Positions 63,421 to 64,000 of a stretch of 64,000 bases of DNA are shown in pieces (the stretch's first letter is position 1; the number at the start of each line of letters is the position of its first letter). Both the position numbers and the translations under genes were made by a program. The stretch lies in IMG/VR virus record IMGVR_UViG_3300050821_003452, positions 12,590 to 76,589 of that record; one strand, given 5' to 3'. The notes under the pieces are model-generated. The model worked only from the letters and a program-made list of their open reading frames with translations, did no database searches and was not told the origin of the DNA. The DNA is from a virus.

Positions 63421-64000
63421 TTGGGCTCCAAAGGCACAGCCACTCAAACCCAGTCCGGGGTTAGCACCTATACGCCCAATGCGGCCATTGCTGGCGCTGG
63501 TAATCAAGCGCTAAGCGCGGCGCAGAATGCGGCCAACACGCCGTATAATCTGCCGACTGCCCCGGTGGCCGGATTTAATCCACAGCAGCAGCAGGCCTTT
63601 GGCCAATACAGCCAGCTTCAGAACCTCTATCAGCCATATTACAATCAGGCCTCGAATTACTTTAACCAGTCAGCCCAGCCTATTAGCGGTCAGCAGGTAA
63701 GTCAATACCTCAATCCTTATGCCGGCTATGTCCTTGGCAATCTCCAAGAACAACAGGGCCAGCAGATGAACCAGCTAACTGGACAGGCCACACAGACGGC
63801 TGGTGGAGTGGGTGCAGATCGTATTGGCGTGGCTCAGGGCGAGCTTGCTAGACAGCAGGGATTGGCGACAGGCCAAACTCTCTCAGGCATCTACGGGTCC
63901 GCCCTAAGCGCTGCCCAGCAGCAACAGCAGATGGAGCAATCTGCTGGTTATGGCTTGGGTAATCTTGGTGGAGCGAACCTGCAATCGGCCTTGGGGGCGA
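63421..64000 (+). CDS. DNA-transfer/ejection protein, partial
   Basis: TTG start, MGSKGTATQTQSG..., Q/G/A-rich, YLNPY; open to the window end. Confidence 0.65.
   Translation, partial: MGSKGTATQTQSGVSTYTPNAAIAGAGNQALSAAQNAANTPYNLPTAPVAGFNPQQQQAFGQYSQLQNLYQPYYNQASNYFNQSAQPISGQQVSQYLNPYAGYVLGNLQEQQGQQMNQLTGQATQTAGGVGADRIGVAQGELARQQGLATGQTLSGIYGSALSAAQQQQQMEQSAGYGLGNLGGANLQSALGA

Noticed and set aside
19-63507. Long antisense/alternate-frame ORFs in the track (e.g. 19..252, 1393..1896, 11942..12532, 36712..37683, 48438..49175, 59512..60132, 62962..63507)
   Set aside because: They shadow well-supported genes and lack RBSs or recognisable motifs.
1-64000. Prophage boundaries, integrase, DGR or retron
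   Set aside because: No host genes, att-flanked junction, integrase or reverse transcriptase is visible in this window; lifestyle cannot be determined.

Overview
64 kb of a tailed dsDNA phage genome with a podovirus-like morphogenesis block. The host is most likely an Alphaproteobacterium (GcrA homologue, apparent GANTC avoidance). Layout: (1) 0-9 kb lambdoid-style regulation/replication (Cro-like, GcrA, AAA+ ATPase, RusA, initiator-like gene with iterons, displaced small terminase); (2) 9-16.6 kb leftward operon (VWA/MoxR pair, many tiny ORFs) whose intergenic spacers carry a repeated, covarying RNA structure; (3) 16.6-18.4 kb mostly non-coding divergence region; (4) 18.4-24.7 kb small accessory genes; (5) 24.5-32.7 kb pseudaminic/nonulosonic-acid biosynthesis cluster, then two atypical tRNAs; (6) 34-64 kb terminase, portal, capsid, Ser/Thr-rich virion proteins, a Maf/sialyltransferase-like gene, tail and ejection proteins. 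Three candidate undescribed systems stand out: about 18 unrelated small proteins sharing one C-terminal acidic helical tag; about 9 copies of a bistable intergenic RNA element; and a possible phage-encoded pathway for decorating virions with a nonulosonic acid. All calls come from reading motifs by eye; no database searches were run.
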